Shown in pieces: positions 20,073 through 31,315 of a DNA stretch of 64,000 nucleotides. Where the stretch lies: contig VBNH01000072.1 of assembly GCA_005878095.1 (NCBI GenBank), forward strand, positions 20,553 through 84,552, written 5' to 3'. Origin of the DNA: Gammaproteobacteria bacterium. Its GTDB lineage: Bacteria; Pseudomonadota; Gammaproteobacteria; Steroidobacterales; Steroidobacteraceae. Made by a program: the position numbers and the translations under genes. The notes under the pieces are model-generated. The model saw nothing but the letters and a program-made list of their open reading frames with translations, had not been told where the DNA came from and searched no databases. How positions within the stretch are numbered: the stretch's first letter is position 1; each line of letters opens with the position of its first letter.

Positions 20073-21375
20073 GGTGGCGGAGCAGATCCAGCCCATCCGC
20101 GGAATGAACGACGTGTTGCCCGCCGAGATCGGCACCTGGCAGCACTTCGAAGCATGCACGCGCGAGCTGCTCGGCGCGTACGGTTACGAAGAGATTCGCG
20201 TGCCGGTGGTGGAGCACACCGAGCTGTTCGAGCGCGCCATCGGCGAGCACACCGACGTGGTCGGCAAGGAGATGTATACCTTCACCGACCGCGGTGGCGA
20301 CAGCCTCACGCTGCGCCCCGAGGCCACCGCCGGCATCGTGCGCGCGCTGATTTCCAACGGCCTGCTGCGCGGCCAGCGCCACAAGCTGTGGTGTCTGGGG
20401 CCGATGTTCCGCCACGAGACGCCGCAGGCCGGCCGCTACCGGCAGTTCTGGCAGGTGGACGTGGAAGCGGTCGGCTGGCCCGGCCCGGATGTGGATGCGG
20501 AGCTCATCGCGCTCAGCGCGCGGCTGTGGCGGCGTCTGGGGATCACCGGCCTCACGCTGCAGATCAACTCCCTCGGCACCGCGGACAGCCGCCGCGCGTA
20601 TCGCGCCCGGTTGCTGGAGTACCTGCGTGCACACGCCGCGGAACTCGACGCCGACAGCCAGCGGCGCCTCGCCGGCAACCCGCTGCGGGTCCTGGACAGC
20701 AAGCACCCGCAAATGCAGGAGGTGATTCGCGGCGCGCCGCTGCTCACCGAGCATCTGGATCCGGAGTCGCACGCACACTTCGAGGCGTTGTGCAGCATGC
20801 TGCGCGCCGTGGATGTGAGCTACGAGATCAACCCGCGCCTGGTGCGCGGCCTCGATTACTACAACCGCACGGTGTTCGAGTGGATCACCCCGTCCACCGG
20901 CGCGCAGAATGCCGTATGCTCCGGCGGCCGCTACGACGGCCTGATCGCGCAGCTCGGGGGTGACGCGACGCCTGCGATCGGTTTCGCGATGGGCGTCGAG
21001 CGCCTGGTGGCGCTGCTGCAGGCCGCGGGGGGCACGGTGCCCGCGCGCCGCCCTGACGTGTACGTCGTGGTCAGCGGTCCGCAGGCTTGCGCGCAGGCGC
21101 TGGAGCTCGTGGAGCGCTTGCGCAGCGAGCGTCCGCGAGTGCGTTTCGAGCTCAACCTGGGCGCAGGCAACCTCAAGGCGCAGTTCCGTCGCGCGGACAA
21201 GAGCGGCGCGCCGCTGGCGCTGATCATCGGCGACGATGAGCTCGCGCGCGGCGTGGTTGCCGTGAAACCTTTGCGCGAGGAGTCCGGTCAGAGCGAGTGC
21301 CCGATCGTGGGCCTGGCCGCGGGCGTGGATGCGGCGCTGGCCAGGGGGCGCGGGGGCGGGCCGCAAGCGGCGTGA
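20062..21375 (+). CDS. hisS: histidine--tRNA ligase
   Basis: IQPIRGMNDVLP, LRPEATAGIVRA, FRHETPQAGRYRQFWQ, GGGRYDGL. The true start may be a few codons downstream of 20062. Confidence 0.95.
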   Translation: MEIEVAEQIQPIRGMNDVLPAEIGTWQHFEACTRELLGAYGYEEIRVPVVEHTELFERAIGEHTDVVGKEMYTFTDRGGDSLTLRPEATAGIVRALISNGLLRGQRHKLWCLGPMFRHETPQAGRYRQFWQVDVEAVGWPGPDVDAELIALSARLWRRLGITGLTLQINSLGTADSRRAYRARLLEYLRAHAAELDADSQRRLAGNPLRVLDSKHPQMQEVIRGAPLLTEHLDPESHAHFEALCSMLRAVDVSYEINPRLVRGLDYYNRTVFEWITPSTGAQNAVCSGGRYDGLIAQLGGDATPAIGFAMGVERLVALLQAAGGTVPARRPDVYVVVSGPQACAQALELVERLRSERPRVRFELNLGAGNLKAQFRRADKSGAPLALIIGDDELARGVVAVKPLREESGQSECPIVGLAAGVDAALARGRGGGPQAA

Positions 21376-21388
21376 TGCTGGAGGAAGC

Positions 21389-22114
21389 GTGGAAGAGTAC
21401 CTGTCTGAAAAAGAACAGTGGGAATGGATCAAGGCTCAGGTGCGGGAAAACGGCCCGGCCGTGATTCTGGCGGTCGCCGTGGTGGCGGCGGGCGTGTACG
21501 GCTGGCGCTGGTGGCAGGGGCGCCTGGATGCCGGGCGGCTCGAGGCGGGCGCGAAGTACACGCAGATGGTGCAGGCTCTGGACGGCGGTGATCGCGCACG
21601 CGCCCTGGCACTGTCCGGTGAGCTGCAGCGCGGATACGCGGCCTCACCCTATACGGACCAGGCGCGGCTGCTGGCGGCGCGCCTGTACGTGCTCGGCGGC
21701 GAGCTCGATCGGGCGGCGGGGGAGCTCGCCGCGGTGGCGGAGAATTCCAAGGATCGGGACCTCGCCCTGGTGGCGCGGCTGCGGCTGGCGCGGGTGCAGA
21801 TCGCTCAGGGCAAAGCCGACGGCGCGCTCGCCACTCTCAACGCGGCTCAACCCGGAGCCTTCGCTGCGCCATACCACGAGGTGCGCGGCGATGCCTACTA
21901 TGCCAAGGGTGACAAGACCGCGGCGCTGAAGGAGTATCGCAGCGCGCAAACGGGCGGCGCGCAAACGGGCGCCGGCGACTCGCTCCTCACCCTCAAGATT
22001 GCCGATCTCGCAGCCGATGCGCCCGGCGCGGCGCCCGCGGGCAAGGTCACGGCGTCGGCCGCCAAAACCACGGCGTCCGCGGGCAAAGCCGCGGCGCCCG
22101 AATCGGGCAAATGA
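21389..22114 (+). CDS. yfgM: YfgM-family membrane-anchored TPR-like protein (ancillary SecYEG translocon subunit)
   Basis: N-terminus EEYLSEKEQWEWIKAQVRENGPAVILAVAVVAAGVYGW (TM anchor), then an alpha-helical repeat region. Conserved hisS-yfgM-bamB-der order. GTG start chosen at 21389. Confidence 0.7.
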   Translation: MEEYLSEKEQWEWIKAQVRENGPAVILAVAVVAAGVYGWRWWQGRLDAGRLEAGAKYTQMVQALDGGDRARALALSGELQRGYAASPYTDQARLLAARLYVLGGELDRAAGELAAVAENSKDRDLALVARLRLARVQIAQGKADGALATLNAAQPGAFAAPYHEVRGDAYYAKGDKTAALKEYRSAQTGGAQTGAGDSLLTLKIADLAADAPGAAPAGKVTASAAKTTASAGKAAAPESGK

Positions 22115-23337
22115 GCGGCAAATCGACCCATGCCATGGCGGTGGCGGGCGCTGTGGTGGCGCTGGTGCTGCTCGCCGCCTGCTCAAAGGACAAGAGCATC
22201 GACCAGCCGGCGAAGCTCACTCCCTTGACCGCCACCCTGCGCGTGCAGCGTGCGTGGAGCGCCTCGGTTGACGACAAGAAGGCCGTGGCCCTGCGCCTCG
22301 GGCTCGGCCTGTCGGTCGCCGGCAGTCGTGTTTATGCCGCCGGCCACCGCGGCGACATCGTGGCCATCGATGTCCCCTCGGGCCGTATCCTGTGGCGCAC
22401 GCGCACCCGCGCGCCGCTGTCGGGCGGCACGGCCGCGAGCGGGGAGCTGGTGCTGGTGGGCTCGAGCGACGGGCAGTTGTTCGCCCTCAACCCGGCGGAC
22501 GGTGCGATTCGCTGGAAAGTGCGCCTCAACGGGGAGGTGCTGGCGCCGGCGGCCATCTCCGCGCGCCTGATCGCCGTGCGCACGGTCGACGGCAAGTTGC
22601 ATGCGCTCAGCCCCGCGGACGGGCACGAGCTGTGGTTCCAGGAGCAGCAGGTGCCGCGCCTGTCGCTGCGCGGCACCGCACGCCCGGTAATCGCCGGCGA
22701 TCTGGTGCTGTGCGGCTTCGACAACGGCAAGGTACTGGCGGCCAACATGAACGACGGCTCGGTGCAGTGGGAGGCGACCATTACTCCGCCGCACGGCCGC
22801 ACGGAGCTCGAGCGCCTCGCCGACATCGACTCCCCCGTCCGTGTCTCCGGCCAGGACGTGTTCACGGTCGGCTTCCAGGGACGCGTGGCCATGCTGGCGC
22901 TCGAGACCGGGCAGGTCTGGTGGTCGCACGAGGCCTCGAGCTTCCGCGGGCTTACCCTCGATGACGATGCACTGTACGTGGCGACGGCCGACGGCGAGCT
23001 GCTGGCGCTGAAGGCGCGTACCGGAGCGGAGATCTGGCGGCAGAAGGCGCTGCTGCATCGGGGGCTGTCCGCGCCGGCGACCATGGACAATGCGCTCGTC
23101 ACCGCGGACTTCCAGGGCTATGTGCACTGGCTCGACAAGGCGAGCGGTGCGCTCGCGGCGCGCGTGTCGACCGGCAAGGTGCGCATCAGCACGGCGCCGG
23201 TTGTGCTCGGTAACATGGTGCTGGTCATCAACGACCGCGGGCAGATCAGCGCGTTTCGCGTGACGCCGCTCGCGGCCCGCGCCGGCAGGAAGACAGTGCC
23301 ACCGACGCCCGCCCCGCAGCCCACGGAAAGCAAGTAG
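22111..23337 (+). CDS. bamB: outer membrane protein assembly factor BamB (beta-propeller lipoprotein)
   Basis: Lipobox LLAAC and repeated PQQ-like blades (G.v.ALd..tG..lW). Confidence 0.9.
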   Translation: MSGKSTHAMAVAGAVVALVLLAACSKDKSIDQPAKLTPLTATLRVQRAWSASVDDKKAVALRLGLGLSVAGSRVYAAGHRGDIVAIDVPSGRILWRTRTRAPLSGGTAASGELVLVGSSDGQLFALNPADGAIRWKVRLNGEVLAPAAISARLIAVRTVDGKLHALSPADGHELWFQEQQVPRLSLRGTARPVIAGDLVLCGFDNGKVLAANMNDGSVQWEATITPPHGRTELERLADIDSPVRVSGQDVFTVGFQGRVAMLALETGQVWWSHEASSFRGLTLDDDALYVATADGELLALKARTGAEIWRQKALLHRGLSAPATMDNALVTADFQGYVHWLDKASGALAARVSTGKVRISTAPVVLGNMVLVINDRGQISAFRVTPLAARAGRKTVPPTPAPQPTESK

Positions 23338-23367
23338 CGTGGGCGCCCGCCGGGTTGCGCCCAAGCC

Positions 23368-24747
23368 ATGTTGCCCGTCATCGCCCTGGTCGGCCGGCCG
23401 AACGTCGGCAAGTCGACGCTGTTCAATGTGCTCACGGGCACGCGCGACGCCATCGTCGCGGACGTGCCCGGGCTCACGCGCGACCGCCAGTACGGCTTCG
23501 GGCGGCTGGGCCCGGTTCCCTGCATCCTCATCGACACCGGTGGCCTGATCGAGAACCCGACCGGCATCGAGGCGCAGATGCGCGCCCAGACCGAACGCGC
23601 CGTCGCGGAAGCCGACCGCCTCGTATTCCTCGCGGACGCGCGCGCCGGACTCTCGCCGCAGGATCACTTCGTGGCGCGTGAGCTGCGCCGCTCGGGCAAG
23701 CCCGTCACGCTGGCCCTCAACAAGACCGACGGGCTCGACGCCGACATCGCCGGCGCAGACTTCCATGCCCTGGGGCTGGGTGAGCCGCTCGCCATCTCGG
23801 CGAGCCACGCGCGCGGGTGCGAGGAGCTCATGGAGCGGGTGCTTGCCGGCTTCGAGCCGCACGCGGCTGCGGACGCCGACTCCGACGCCATTCGCATTGC
23901 GATCATCGGCCGCCCGAACGTCGGCAAGTCCACGCTGGTGAATCGCCTGCTCGGAGAGGAGCGCGTGATCGCGAGCGAGGAGCCCGGCACCACCCGCGAC
24001 AGTATCCTCGTGCCCTTCGAGCGCGATGGTCGCGCGTTCATGCTGATCGACACCGCCGGGATGCGCCGGCGCGCCAGGATCGAGGACCTCGTCGAGCGGG
24101 CGAGCGTCGCCAAGACGCTGCAGGCCATCGATGAAGCGCACGTGGTCATTCTGGTGCTCGACGCGCACGACACGGTCGCCGAGCAGGACGCGAGCGTGCT
24201 GGGACTGGCGCTCGAGCGCGGGCGCTCGCTCATCATCGCGGTCAACAAGTGGGACGGGATCGCAGCGGAGCAGCGCGAGCAGATCCAGCGCCAGCTGGCC
24301 CTGAAGCTCGACTTCGTGCCCTTTGCGCCGCTGCATTTCATCTCCGCGCGCCATGGGAGCGGAGTGGGCGAGCTCGTGCAGTCCACCGTGCGCGCCTACG
24401 AGGCGGCCGTGCGCGGCATGCCGACGCGCGAGCTGACGCGTACGCTCGAGCAGGCCGTCGGCGTGCACCAGCCGCCGCTGGTGCGCGGCCGGCGCATCAA
24501 GCTGCGTTACGCGCACCAGGGCGGCCGCAACCCGCCGCGCATCGTGATCCACGGCAACCAGACCGCCTCGGTTCCGGAGGCCTACACGCGTTATCTCGCC
24601 AACGTGTTCCGCAAGACTTACGACCTGTTCGCGACCCCGGTGTTCATCGAGTACCGCACCGATGCCAATCCCTACGAGCGCGAGCGGCGCACGCAGCCGC
24701 GCCCCGGCAGATCGCGCCGGCGGGGGCGGACCAAGGCGCGGCGCTGA
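23368..24747 (+). CDS. der: ribosome biogenesis GTPase Der (EngA)
   Basis: Two GTPase domains (GRPNVGKSTLFN and GRPNVGKSTLVN) and a KH-like C-terminus with a basic tail. Confidence 0.95.
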   Translation: MLPVIALVGRPNVGKSTLFNVLTGTRDAIVADVPGLTRDRQYGFGRLGPVPCILIDTGGLIENPTGIEAQMRAQTERAVAEADRLVFLADARAGLSPQDHFVARELRRSGKPVTLALNKTDGLDADIAGADFHALGLGEPLAISASHARGCEELMERVLAGFEPHAAADADSDAIRIAIIGRPNVGKSTLVNRLLGEERVIASEEPGTTRDSILVPFERDGRAFMLIDTAGMRRRARIEDLVERASVAKTLQAIDEAHVVILVLDAHDTVAEQDASVLGLALERGRSLIIAVNKWDGIAAEQREQIQRQLALKLDFVPFAPLHFISARHGSGVGELVQSTVRAYEAAVRGMPTRELTRTLEQAVGVHQPPLVRGRRIKLRYAHQGGRNPPRIVIHGNQTASVPEAYTRYLANVFRKTYDLFATPVFIEYRTDANPYERERRTQPRPGRSRRRGRTKARR

Positions 24748-24794
24748 GCGTGCGCGCCCGCCGGCTGCGCCGGCCCGGGGATTCCTGAGGCGGC

Positions 24795-25112
24795 CTAGAG
24801 GCCGAGAATATAGACCGGGGCCATGGCCGCGAGCGCCGCAAGGATCTGCAGCGCCAACATCGACAGCGCCGCCTTCGGCGCACGCGGCAGCCACTTGACG
24901 AGGAAGAACGCCAGTAGCGGGAGCTGTCCGGCCATGAGGATCTGCCACAGATGCGCAACGGCGCCCTCGTCGGTCTCGCGGACGACGCCGGAGGCGGCAA
25001 TGCTGGCCAGAACCATCAGCAGGGCAGCGACGGACATGGCGATCGGCACGAAAGCGCTCGGTCGCTTACCCAAGGCAATCACGGAGCTGAAGTAGGCGGT
25101 CATGGCGGCCAT
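24795..25112 (-). CDS. hypothetical small membrane protein (~105 aa)
   Basis: Three hydrophobic spans (FVPIAMSVAALLMVLASIAA, LPLLAFFLVKWL, LALQILAALAAMAPVYILGL). No family recognised. Start set at the internal ATG 25112, since the upstream part of the track ORF is low-complexity and unlikely to be coding. Confidence 0.4.
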   Translation of the reverse strand: MAAMTAYFSSVIALGKRPSAFVPIAMSVAALLMVLASIAASGVVRETDEGAVAHLWQILMAGQLPLLAFFLVKWLPRAPKAALSMLALQILAALAAMAPVYILGL

Positions 25113-25175
25113 GAATGATGGTAGGTCCTCGAGCGCCGATTCGCGGTTCCTATGGAGCAGACCCAATCTATAACG

Positions 25176-25209
25176 TGACCAATCTCCGGTGCTGACCAAT
25201 CTCCGGTGC
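25176..25209. repeat. perfect 17-bp tandem duplication (TGACCAATCTCCGGTGC x2)
   Basis: Read directly: units at 25176-25192 and 25193-25209, in the intergenic region downstream of guaA. Confidence 0.95.
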
Positions 25210-25331
25210 TGCACACGCCAAGCCATACCTCGAATATCGAGCGATTGCTGCTCAATATTCAAGGTAGCAGTTACGGCTATATCCAGGATGTCGCGTCGAC
25301 GGATGGCGAGCGACCACAGTGCCAATCCGAC

Positions 25332-26954
25332 TCACTCCCACTCTATCGTCGCCGGCGGCTTGCCCGAGATGTCGTAGACCACGCGCGAGATGCCCGCCAC
25401 CTCGTTGACGATGCGCCGCGAGACGTGGTCGAGGAACTCGTACGGCAGGCGCGCCCAGTGCGCGGTCATGAAGTCCACCGTCTCCACCGCGCGCAGCGCG
25501 ATCACGTAGTCGTAGCGGCGCCCATCGCCCATGACGCCCACCGAGCGCACCGGCAGGAAGACCGCGAACGCCTGGCTCACGCGGTCGTAGAGATCGTGCT
25601 TGCGCAGTTCCTCGATGTAGATGGCATCGGCGCGCCGCAGCAGCTCGGCGTATTCCCTGCGCACCTCGCCGAGGATGCGCACGCCCAGGCCGGGGCCGGG
25701 GAAGGGATGGCGGTAGACCACCTCGCGCGGCAAGCCGAGCTCGATGCCGAGCCGGCGCACCTCGTCCTTGAACAGCTCGCGCAGCGGCTCCAGCAGCTGC
25801 AGATGCATCTTCTCGGGCAGTCCGCCCACGTTGTGATGCGACTTGATGACCTGCGCCTTGCCGGTGCGGGCGCCGGCGGATTCGATGACGTCGGGGTAGA
25901 TCGTCCCCTGGGCGAGGAACTGCACGCCGCTCAAGCGCTGCGCCTGCTCGTCGAACACCTCGACGAAAGTGCGGCCGATGATCTTGCGCTTGGCTTCCGG
26001 ATCGGTCACGCCGGCGAGAGCCGTGAGGAAGCGCGCCTGCGCGTCGATGCGGATGACGCGCACGCCGAGGTGCTGCGCGAAGGTGCTCATCACCTGCTCG
26101 CCTTCGCCCAGGCGCAGCAGGCCGTGGTCGACGAACACGCACACCAGCTGCTCGCCGATGGCGCGCTGCAGGAGGGCGGCGACCACGGAGGAATCGACCC
26201 CGCCGGAGAGTCCGAGCAGCACCTTGCCCCTGCCGACCTGCGTGCGCACTCGGGCGATCGCATCCTCGATGATGTTGCCGACGCTCCACAGCGCATCCGT
26301 GCCGCAGATCTCGCGCACGAAGCGCTCCAGCAGCCGCGCGCCCTGCGGGGTGTGGGTCACTTCGGGATGGAACTGCACGCCGTAGAAGCGGCGCCGCTCG
26401 TCGCTCATGGCGGCGAAGGGAATGCTGGCGGTGGACGCGGTCGGGACGAAGCCTTGCGGCAGCGCGTCCACGCGGTCGCCGTGACTCATCCACACGTCGA
26501 GCACCGCCGCCCCGGCCGGGTTGCGGCGGTCCTGCAGGTGATCGAGCAGGCGCGAGGCGCCGGTCACGGTCACTTCCGCGTAGCCGAACTCGCGTTCGAC
26601 GCCCGGCGCGACCCGCCCGCCCAGCTGCTGCGCCATGGTCTGCATGCCGTAGCAGATCCCCAGCACCGGCACGCCGAGCTCGTACACCGCGGGCGGCGCG
26701 CGGGGCGGGTCTGCGTCGGTCACCGACTCCGGGCCGCCGGAGAGAATCACCCCGTGCGCCCGGAAGGCGCGCACCTCGGCGTCGCTCACATCCCAGGGGC
26801 GGATTTCGCAGTACACGCCCAGCTCGCGTACGCGGCGCGCGATGAGCTGGGTGTATTGCGCACCGAAGTCGAGGATCAGGATGCGGTGCGCATGGATGTC
26901 GGGGTGTGCGCCGCTGGCGTGGGGAGTGCCGGCAGGTCGTGGAACGCTCGCCAT
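25332..26954 (-). CDS. guaA: GMP synthase (glutamine-hydrolysing)
   Basis: [36 protein letters not shown], the ATP-PPase loop [11 protein letters not shown], and the C-terminal KPPATIEWE. Confidence 0.95.
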   Translation of the reverse strand: MASVPRPAGTPHASGAHPDIHAHRILILDFGAQYTQLIARRVRELGVYCEIRPWDVSDAEVRAFRAHGVILSGGPESVTDADPPRAPPAVYELGVPVLGICYGMQTMAQQLGGRVAPGVEREFGYAEVTVTGASRLLDHLQDRRNPAGAAVLDVWMSHGDRVDALPQGFVPTASTASIPFAAMSDERRRFYGVQFHPEVTHTPQGARLLERFVREICGTDALWSVGNIIEDAIARVRTQVGRGKVLLGLSGGVDSSVVAALLQRAIGEQLVCVFVDHGLLRLGEGEQVMSTFAQHLGVRVIRIDAQARFLTALAGVTDPEAKRKIIGRTFVEVFDEQAQRLSGVQFLAQGTIYPDVIESAGARTGKAQVIKSHHNVGGLPEKMHLQLLEPLRELFKDEVRRLGIELGLPREVVYRHPFPGPGLGVRILGEVRREYAELLRRADAIYIEELRKHDLYDRVSQAFAVFLPVRSVGVMGDGRRYDYVIALRAVETVDFMTAHWARLPYEFLDHVSRRIVNEVAGISRVVYDISGKPPATIEWE

Positions 26955-26966
26955 GGGAGGAAGGGT

Positions 26967-28439
26967 TCAGGACACCCGGTAGTTGGGGGCGTCCTTGGTG
27001 ATGCTGACGTCGTGCACGTGACTCTCGCGGATGCCGGCGGCGGTGATGCGCACGAACACCGGGCGCGTGCGCATGTCGGTGATGTTGCGGCTGCCGGTGT
27101 AGCCCATGGCCGCCCGCAGTCCGCCCGACAGCTGGCGCAGGATGGTGACGACGCTGCCCTTGTAGGGCACGCGGCCCTCCACACCCTCCGGCACCAGCTT
27201 CTCGAGCTCGGTGGCCGCGTCCTGGAAATAACGATCCGCCGAGCCGTGGCGTTCGCCCATCGCGCCGAGCGAGCCCATGCCGCGGTAGGACTTGTAGGAA
27301 GCGCCCTGGTACAGCTCGACTTCGCCGGGGGATTCCTCGGTGCCGGCGAACAGGCCGCCGATCATGACCGCATGCGCCCCGGCCGCGATCGCCTTGGCGA
27401 TGTCCCCGGAGAAGCGGATGCCGCCATCGGAGATGACCGGCACGTCCGCATCGTGCAGCGCCTGCGCGACGGCGGCGACCGCGGAGATCTGCGGTACGCC
27501 GACGCCCGCGACGATGCGCGTGGTGCAGATGGAGCCCGGCCCGATGCCGACCTTGACGGCGTCCGCGCCGGCATCGATGAGCGCCCGCGCCGCCTCGGCG
27601 GTCGCGATGTTGCCGGCGATCACCTGGCTGTCCGCCCACCTCGCCTTGATGCGCTTCACCGTGTCGAGCACGCCCCGCGAATGCCCGTGCGCGGTATCCA
27701 CGACCACCACGTCGACACCCGCTTCGGTGAGGGCCGCGACCCGATCGAGGGTGTCAGGGGTGGTGCCGACCGCAGCTCCGACGCGCAGGCGGCCGCCGTC
27801 GTCCTTGCAGGCGCGCGGAAACTCGTTGGCCTTCTGGAAGTCCTTCACGGTGATCATGCCGACCAGCTCGTGCTCGCCGTTCACCACCAGGAGCTTCTCG
27901 ATACGGTGCTTGTGCAGCAGCGCCAGCACCTGGTCCTTGGTCGCGTCCTCGCGCACCGTGACCAGGTGTTCCTTGGGCGTCATGACCGAGGAGACGGGAG
28001 CCTCGAGCTTCTCCTCGAAGCGTAGATCGCGATGCGTGACGATCCCGACCGCTTTCCTGCCGACCACGACCGGCACGCCCGAGATGCCGCGCGAGCGCGT
28101 CAGGTCGAGCACCTCGCGGATCGTCATGGCCGGGGAGACGGTGATCGGGTCCCTGATGATGCCGCTCTCGAACTTCTTCACCCGGCCGACCTCGCGCGCC
28201 TGGGCCTCGATGCCCATGCTCTTGTGGATGATGCCGACACCGCCTTCCTGGGCGATGCTGATGGCGAGGCGGGCCTCGGTGACGGTGTCCATGGCCGCCG
28301 ACATGAGCGGCACATTCAGGCGGATACGGCGCGTGATGCGCGTGGAGAGATCGACCTCGCGTGGCAGAATTTCCGAGTAGGCCGGAACCAGGAGGACGTC
28401 GTCGAAGGTGAGAGCTTCTTCGAGAAGGCGCATGCGCAA
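26967..28439 (-). CDS. guaB: IMP dehydrogenase
   Basis: [15 protein letters not shown], a CBS pair, and the catalytic [11 protein letters not shown]. The start may be the ATG two codons downstream, at 28433. Confidence 0.95.
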   Translation of the reverse strand: MRMRLLEEALTFDDVLLVPAYSEILPREVDLSTRITRRIRLNVPLMSAAMDTVTEARLAISIAQEGGVGIIHKSMGIEAQAREVGRVKKFESGIIRDPITVSPAMTIREVLDLTRSRGISGVPVVVGRKAVGIVTHRDLRFEEKLEAPVSSVMTPKEHLVTVREDATKDQVLALLHKHRIEKLLVVNGEHELVGMITVKDFQKANEFPRACKDDGGRLRVGAAVGTTPDTLDRVAALTEAGVDVVVVDTAHGHSRGVLDTVKRIKARWADSQVIAGNIATAEAARALIDAGADAVKVGIGPGSICTTRIVAGVGVPQISAVAAVAQALHDADVPVISDGGIRFSGDIAKAIAAGAHAVMIGGLFAGTEESPGEVELYQGASYKSYRGMGSLGAMGERHGSADRYFQDAATELEKLVPEGVEGRVPYKGSVVTILRQLSGGLRAAMGYTGSRNITDMRTRPVFVRITAAGIRESHVHDVSITKDAPNYRVS

Positions 28440-28471
28440 TTATATGCGCCCGGCCCGGGCCGGTAAACCTC

Positions 28472-29863
28472 GTGCTAAGGTACTTTATGCCCGTAAATCC
28501 TGATGACCGCGCCCGGGCCGCGCCTGCCCGGGAGGTGTACAGCGTCACCCGTGTGAACCGCGAGGTGCGCGCGCTCCTCGAGCGCGGGCTCGGTGTGCTG
28601 TGGGTGGAAGGGGAATTGTCGAACCTCTCGCAACCGGCCTCCGGCCACTGGTACTTCTCCCTCAAGGACCGGGAGGCGCAGCTGCGCTGCGCCATGTTCC
28701 GGATGCAGAACTCGCTCGTCGGCTTCACGCCCCGTGCCGGCACGCAGGTGCTGGTCCGCGGCCGCATCAGCGTCTACGAGGCGCGGGGCGACTACCAGCT
28801 CATCGTCGAGCACCTGGAGGAGGCGGGCATCGGCGCGCTCAAGCGCGAGTTCGAGCGCCTGAAAGCGAAGCTGGCAGCCGAAGGTCTGTTTGCGCTCGAG
28901 CGCAAACGAAGCCTGCCGCGGTTTCCGCAGCGCATCGGCGTGATCACCTCGCCATCGGGGGCCGCGCTGCGCGACATCCTGCACATCCTCGCGCGCCGTT
29001 TCCCGCCCGCAAGGGTCCTCGTCTATCCGACGGCGGTGCAGGGCGCGGCCGCCGCGCCGGCGCTGGTCGCGGCGCTCGAGAGCGCCTCGGCGCGCGCCGA
29101 GTGCCAGGTGCTGATCCTCGCCCGCGGCGGCGGCTCGCTCGAGGATCTGTGGGCGTTCAACGACGAGCGCGTCGCGCGCGCCATAGGCGCCTGCCGCCTG
29201 CCCGTGGTCTCGGGAGTCGGGCACGAGATCGACTTCACCATCGCGGACCTCGTGGCGGATGCGCGCGCCCCCACCCCCTCGGGTGCCGCGGAGCTGGTGG
29301 TGCCGGAGCGCAGCGCGTGCCTCGAGGTGCTGGCGCGCGGCGCGCAACGCCTCTCCGCGGGTATGCACCGCGAGCTGCGCGTGAACGGCGCGCGCCTCGA
29401 GAACACCGCGCGGCGCCTGCAGCTCGCGCATCCGGGAGTGCGCCTGCAGCAGCAGATGCAGCGTCTCGATGAGCTCGGGCAGCGCCTCAGCGGGGCGGCG
29501 CACACCGGCCTGCACCGCGATCAGATGCGCCTCGCGCACAGCATCACGGCACTGGTGCGCCGCTCGCCGGACCGGCTGGTGCGGGAATATCGCGCGCGGC
29601 ACCAGGGAGCCGGGGCACGGCTCGAGCACGCCGCCGGCGAATGCCTGTCGCGCGCGCAGCACCGCCTCGCTCTGGCGCAGCGCGCACTGAACGCGGTCAG
29701 CCCGCTCGCGACGCTCACGCGCGGCTTCGCCATCGTGACGCGCGCCACGGGCGGTAGGCTGCTCACCGACGCCGCCGCGGTCGCCCCCGGGGAGGAGATC
29801 GAGGCGCGTCTCGCCCGCGGGAGCCTGAGCGCGCGGGTCACCGCCCGCCGTCAGGAGAGCTGA
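28472..29863 (+). CDS. xseA: exodeoxyribonuclease VII large subunit
   Basis: [25 protein letters not shown]...GHWYFSLKD, and [15 protein letters not shown]. Confidence 0.9.
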   Translation: MLRYFMPVNPDDRARAAPAREVYSVTRVNREVRALLERGLGVLWVEGELSNLSQPASGHWYFSLKDREAQLRCAMFRMQNSLVGFTPRAGTQVLVRGRISVYEARGDYQLIVEHLEEAGIGALKREFERLKAKLAAEGLFALERKRSLPRFPQRIGVITSPSGAALRDILHILARRFPPARVLVYPTAVQGAAAAPALVAALESASARAECQVLILARGGGSLEDLWAFNDERVARAIGACRLPVVSGVGHEIDFTIADLVADARAPTPSGAAELVVPERSACLEVLARGAQRLSAGMHRELRVNGARLENTARRLQLAHPGVRLQQQMQRLDELGQRLSGAAHTGLHRDQMRLAHSITALVRRSPDRLVREYRARHQGAGARLEHAAGECLSRAQHRLALAQRALNAVSPLATLTRGFAIVTRATGGRLLTDAAAVAPGEEIEARLARGSLSARVTARRQES

Positions 29864-29864
29864 C

Positions 29865-30815
29865 GTGCCAGGCGGCGGCACAGCGTTGGCGCTGCGCGCC
29901 CGGCGTGCGCTGCGGGGCGCCGCCCGCTGCGCGGCGGTGCTGCTGGCGGGGGCGGTCGTCACGGGCCTGGCGCAGGCGCCGGACTTGCCCGCCGCAGCGG
30001 ACTCGCCCGCGGCAGCGCTCCTGCCGCAGCAGGAGCTCGTTCCGGGCGGCGTCGCCCTGCTGACCCTCGACGCAGCCGCCGCAAGCGCGCCACGGGCGAG
30101 CTTCGGCGAGCAGCGGGTGTTGGTGCTGCCGGTGCAGGGCAAATGGCTCGCCGTGGTCGGCATCCCTCTGTCACAGGCCCCCGGCCATGCGCAGCTGCGG
30201 GTGCAGGAGGGCACGTCGGCCGATACCACGGTGGGCTTCGAAATCACCGACAAGCAGTACAGTGTGCAGCGCCTCACGGTCGCACCGCGTCAGGTGAATC
30301 TGTCGGTCAAGGATCTGGCGCGCGTCGAGCGCGAGCGGCCGCGCATTCTGCGCGCCATCGGCACGTTCTCGGAAAGCTCGCCGGCGACTCTCAGGCTCCT
30401 GCAGCCGGTTCCCGGCATCCGCTCGAGCTCCTATGGCTCACGCCGGATCTTCAACAACGAGCCGCGCAGTCCGCACACCGGCATGGACATCGCCGCGGCG
30501 GCCGGGACTCCGGTCATGGCCGCAGCGGACGGCCGCGTGCTCGACACGGGGCGTTTTTTCTTCAACGGCAAGACGGTGTTCCTCGATCACGGCGCGGGCC
30601 TCATCTCCATGTACTGTCACCTGCGGGTCATCGCGGTGAAGCCGGGCGAGCGGGTGAAGGCGGGCGCCATCATCGGCAAGGTGGGATCCACCGGGCGCGC
30701 GACCGGGCCGCATCTGCACTTCGGGGTGGCGCTGAATGCCACGTTCGTCGATCCGGCGCTGTTCATGGCGCCGCCCGCCCCGCCCCCGGATGCATCACAT
30801 GACGGGTCCGGCTGA
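29865..30815 (+). CDS. M23 family metallopeptidase (secreted)
   Basis: Signal sequence, HTGMDIAA, and [15 protein letters not shown] (HxH), the LytM-type motifs. Confidence 0.8.
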   Translation: MPGGGTALALRARRALRGAARCAAVLLAGAVVTGLAQAPDLPAAADSPAAALLPQQELVPGGVALLTLDAAAASAPRASFGEQRVLVLPVQGKWLAVVGIPLSQAPGHAQLRVQEGTSADTTVGFEITDKQYSVQRLTVAPRQVNLSVKDLARVERERPRILRAIGTFSESSPATLRLLQPVPGIRSSSYGSRRIFNNEPRSPHTGMDIAAAAGTPVMAAADGRVLDTGRFFFNGKTVFLDHGAGLISMYCHLRVIAVKPGERVKAGAIIGKVGSTGRATGPHLHFGVALNATFVDPALFMAPPAPPPDASHDGSG

Positions 30816-31269
30816 GGGTGCTCGCGACAGCGCTTTCATGCGCATCGCGCTCGGCCACGCGCTCGCCTCCGGCGAGGCGGGCGAGGTGCCGGTGGGAGCC
30901 GTGCTGGTGCGCGGCGAGGACATCATCGCCACCGGCGGCAACCGGCCGATCGCGAGCGACGATCCGACCGCGCACGCGGAAATCCAGGCGCTGCGCGCCG
31001 GGGCTCAGGCGCTCGGGAGCTACCGGCTCAACGACACCACGCTGTACGTGACGCTCGAGCCGTGCGCCATGTGCGCCGGCGCGATCGTGCACGCGCGCGT
31101 TCGCCGGCTGGTGTTCGGCGCGTGGGATGCGCGCGCGGGCGCGGCCGGCAGCATCATCAACGTGTTCACGCTGCCGGGCCTCAACCATCGCGTCGAGCTG
31201 TTCGGCGGGGTGCTCATGGAGGAGTGCGCGCGGCTGCTGCAGGAGTTTTTCCTGCCCCGGCGCGAGTGA
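30799..31269 (+). CDS. tadA: tRNA adenosine(34) deaminase
   Basis: HAEIQALR and [12 protein letters not shown] (the CDA zinc motifs), plus ...GAAGS...NHR. Start at ATG 30799, or at 30790. Confidence 0.9.
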   Translation: MTGPAEGARDSAFMRIALGHALASGEAGEVPVGAVLVRGEDIIATGGNRPIASDDPTAHAEIQALRAGAQALGSYRLNDTTLYVTLEPCAMCAGAIVHARVRRLVFGAWDARAGAAGSIINVFTLPGLNHRVELFGGVLMEECARLLQEFFLPRRE

Positions 31270-31315
31270 GCTGCTTCGGCGCGGCCGCCGCCCCGGGCGC
31301 GTGTGCACTGCAGCC

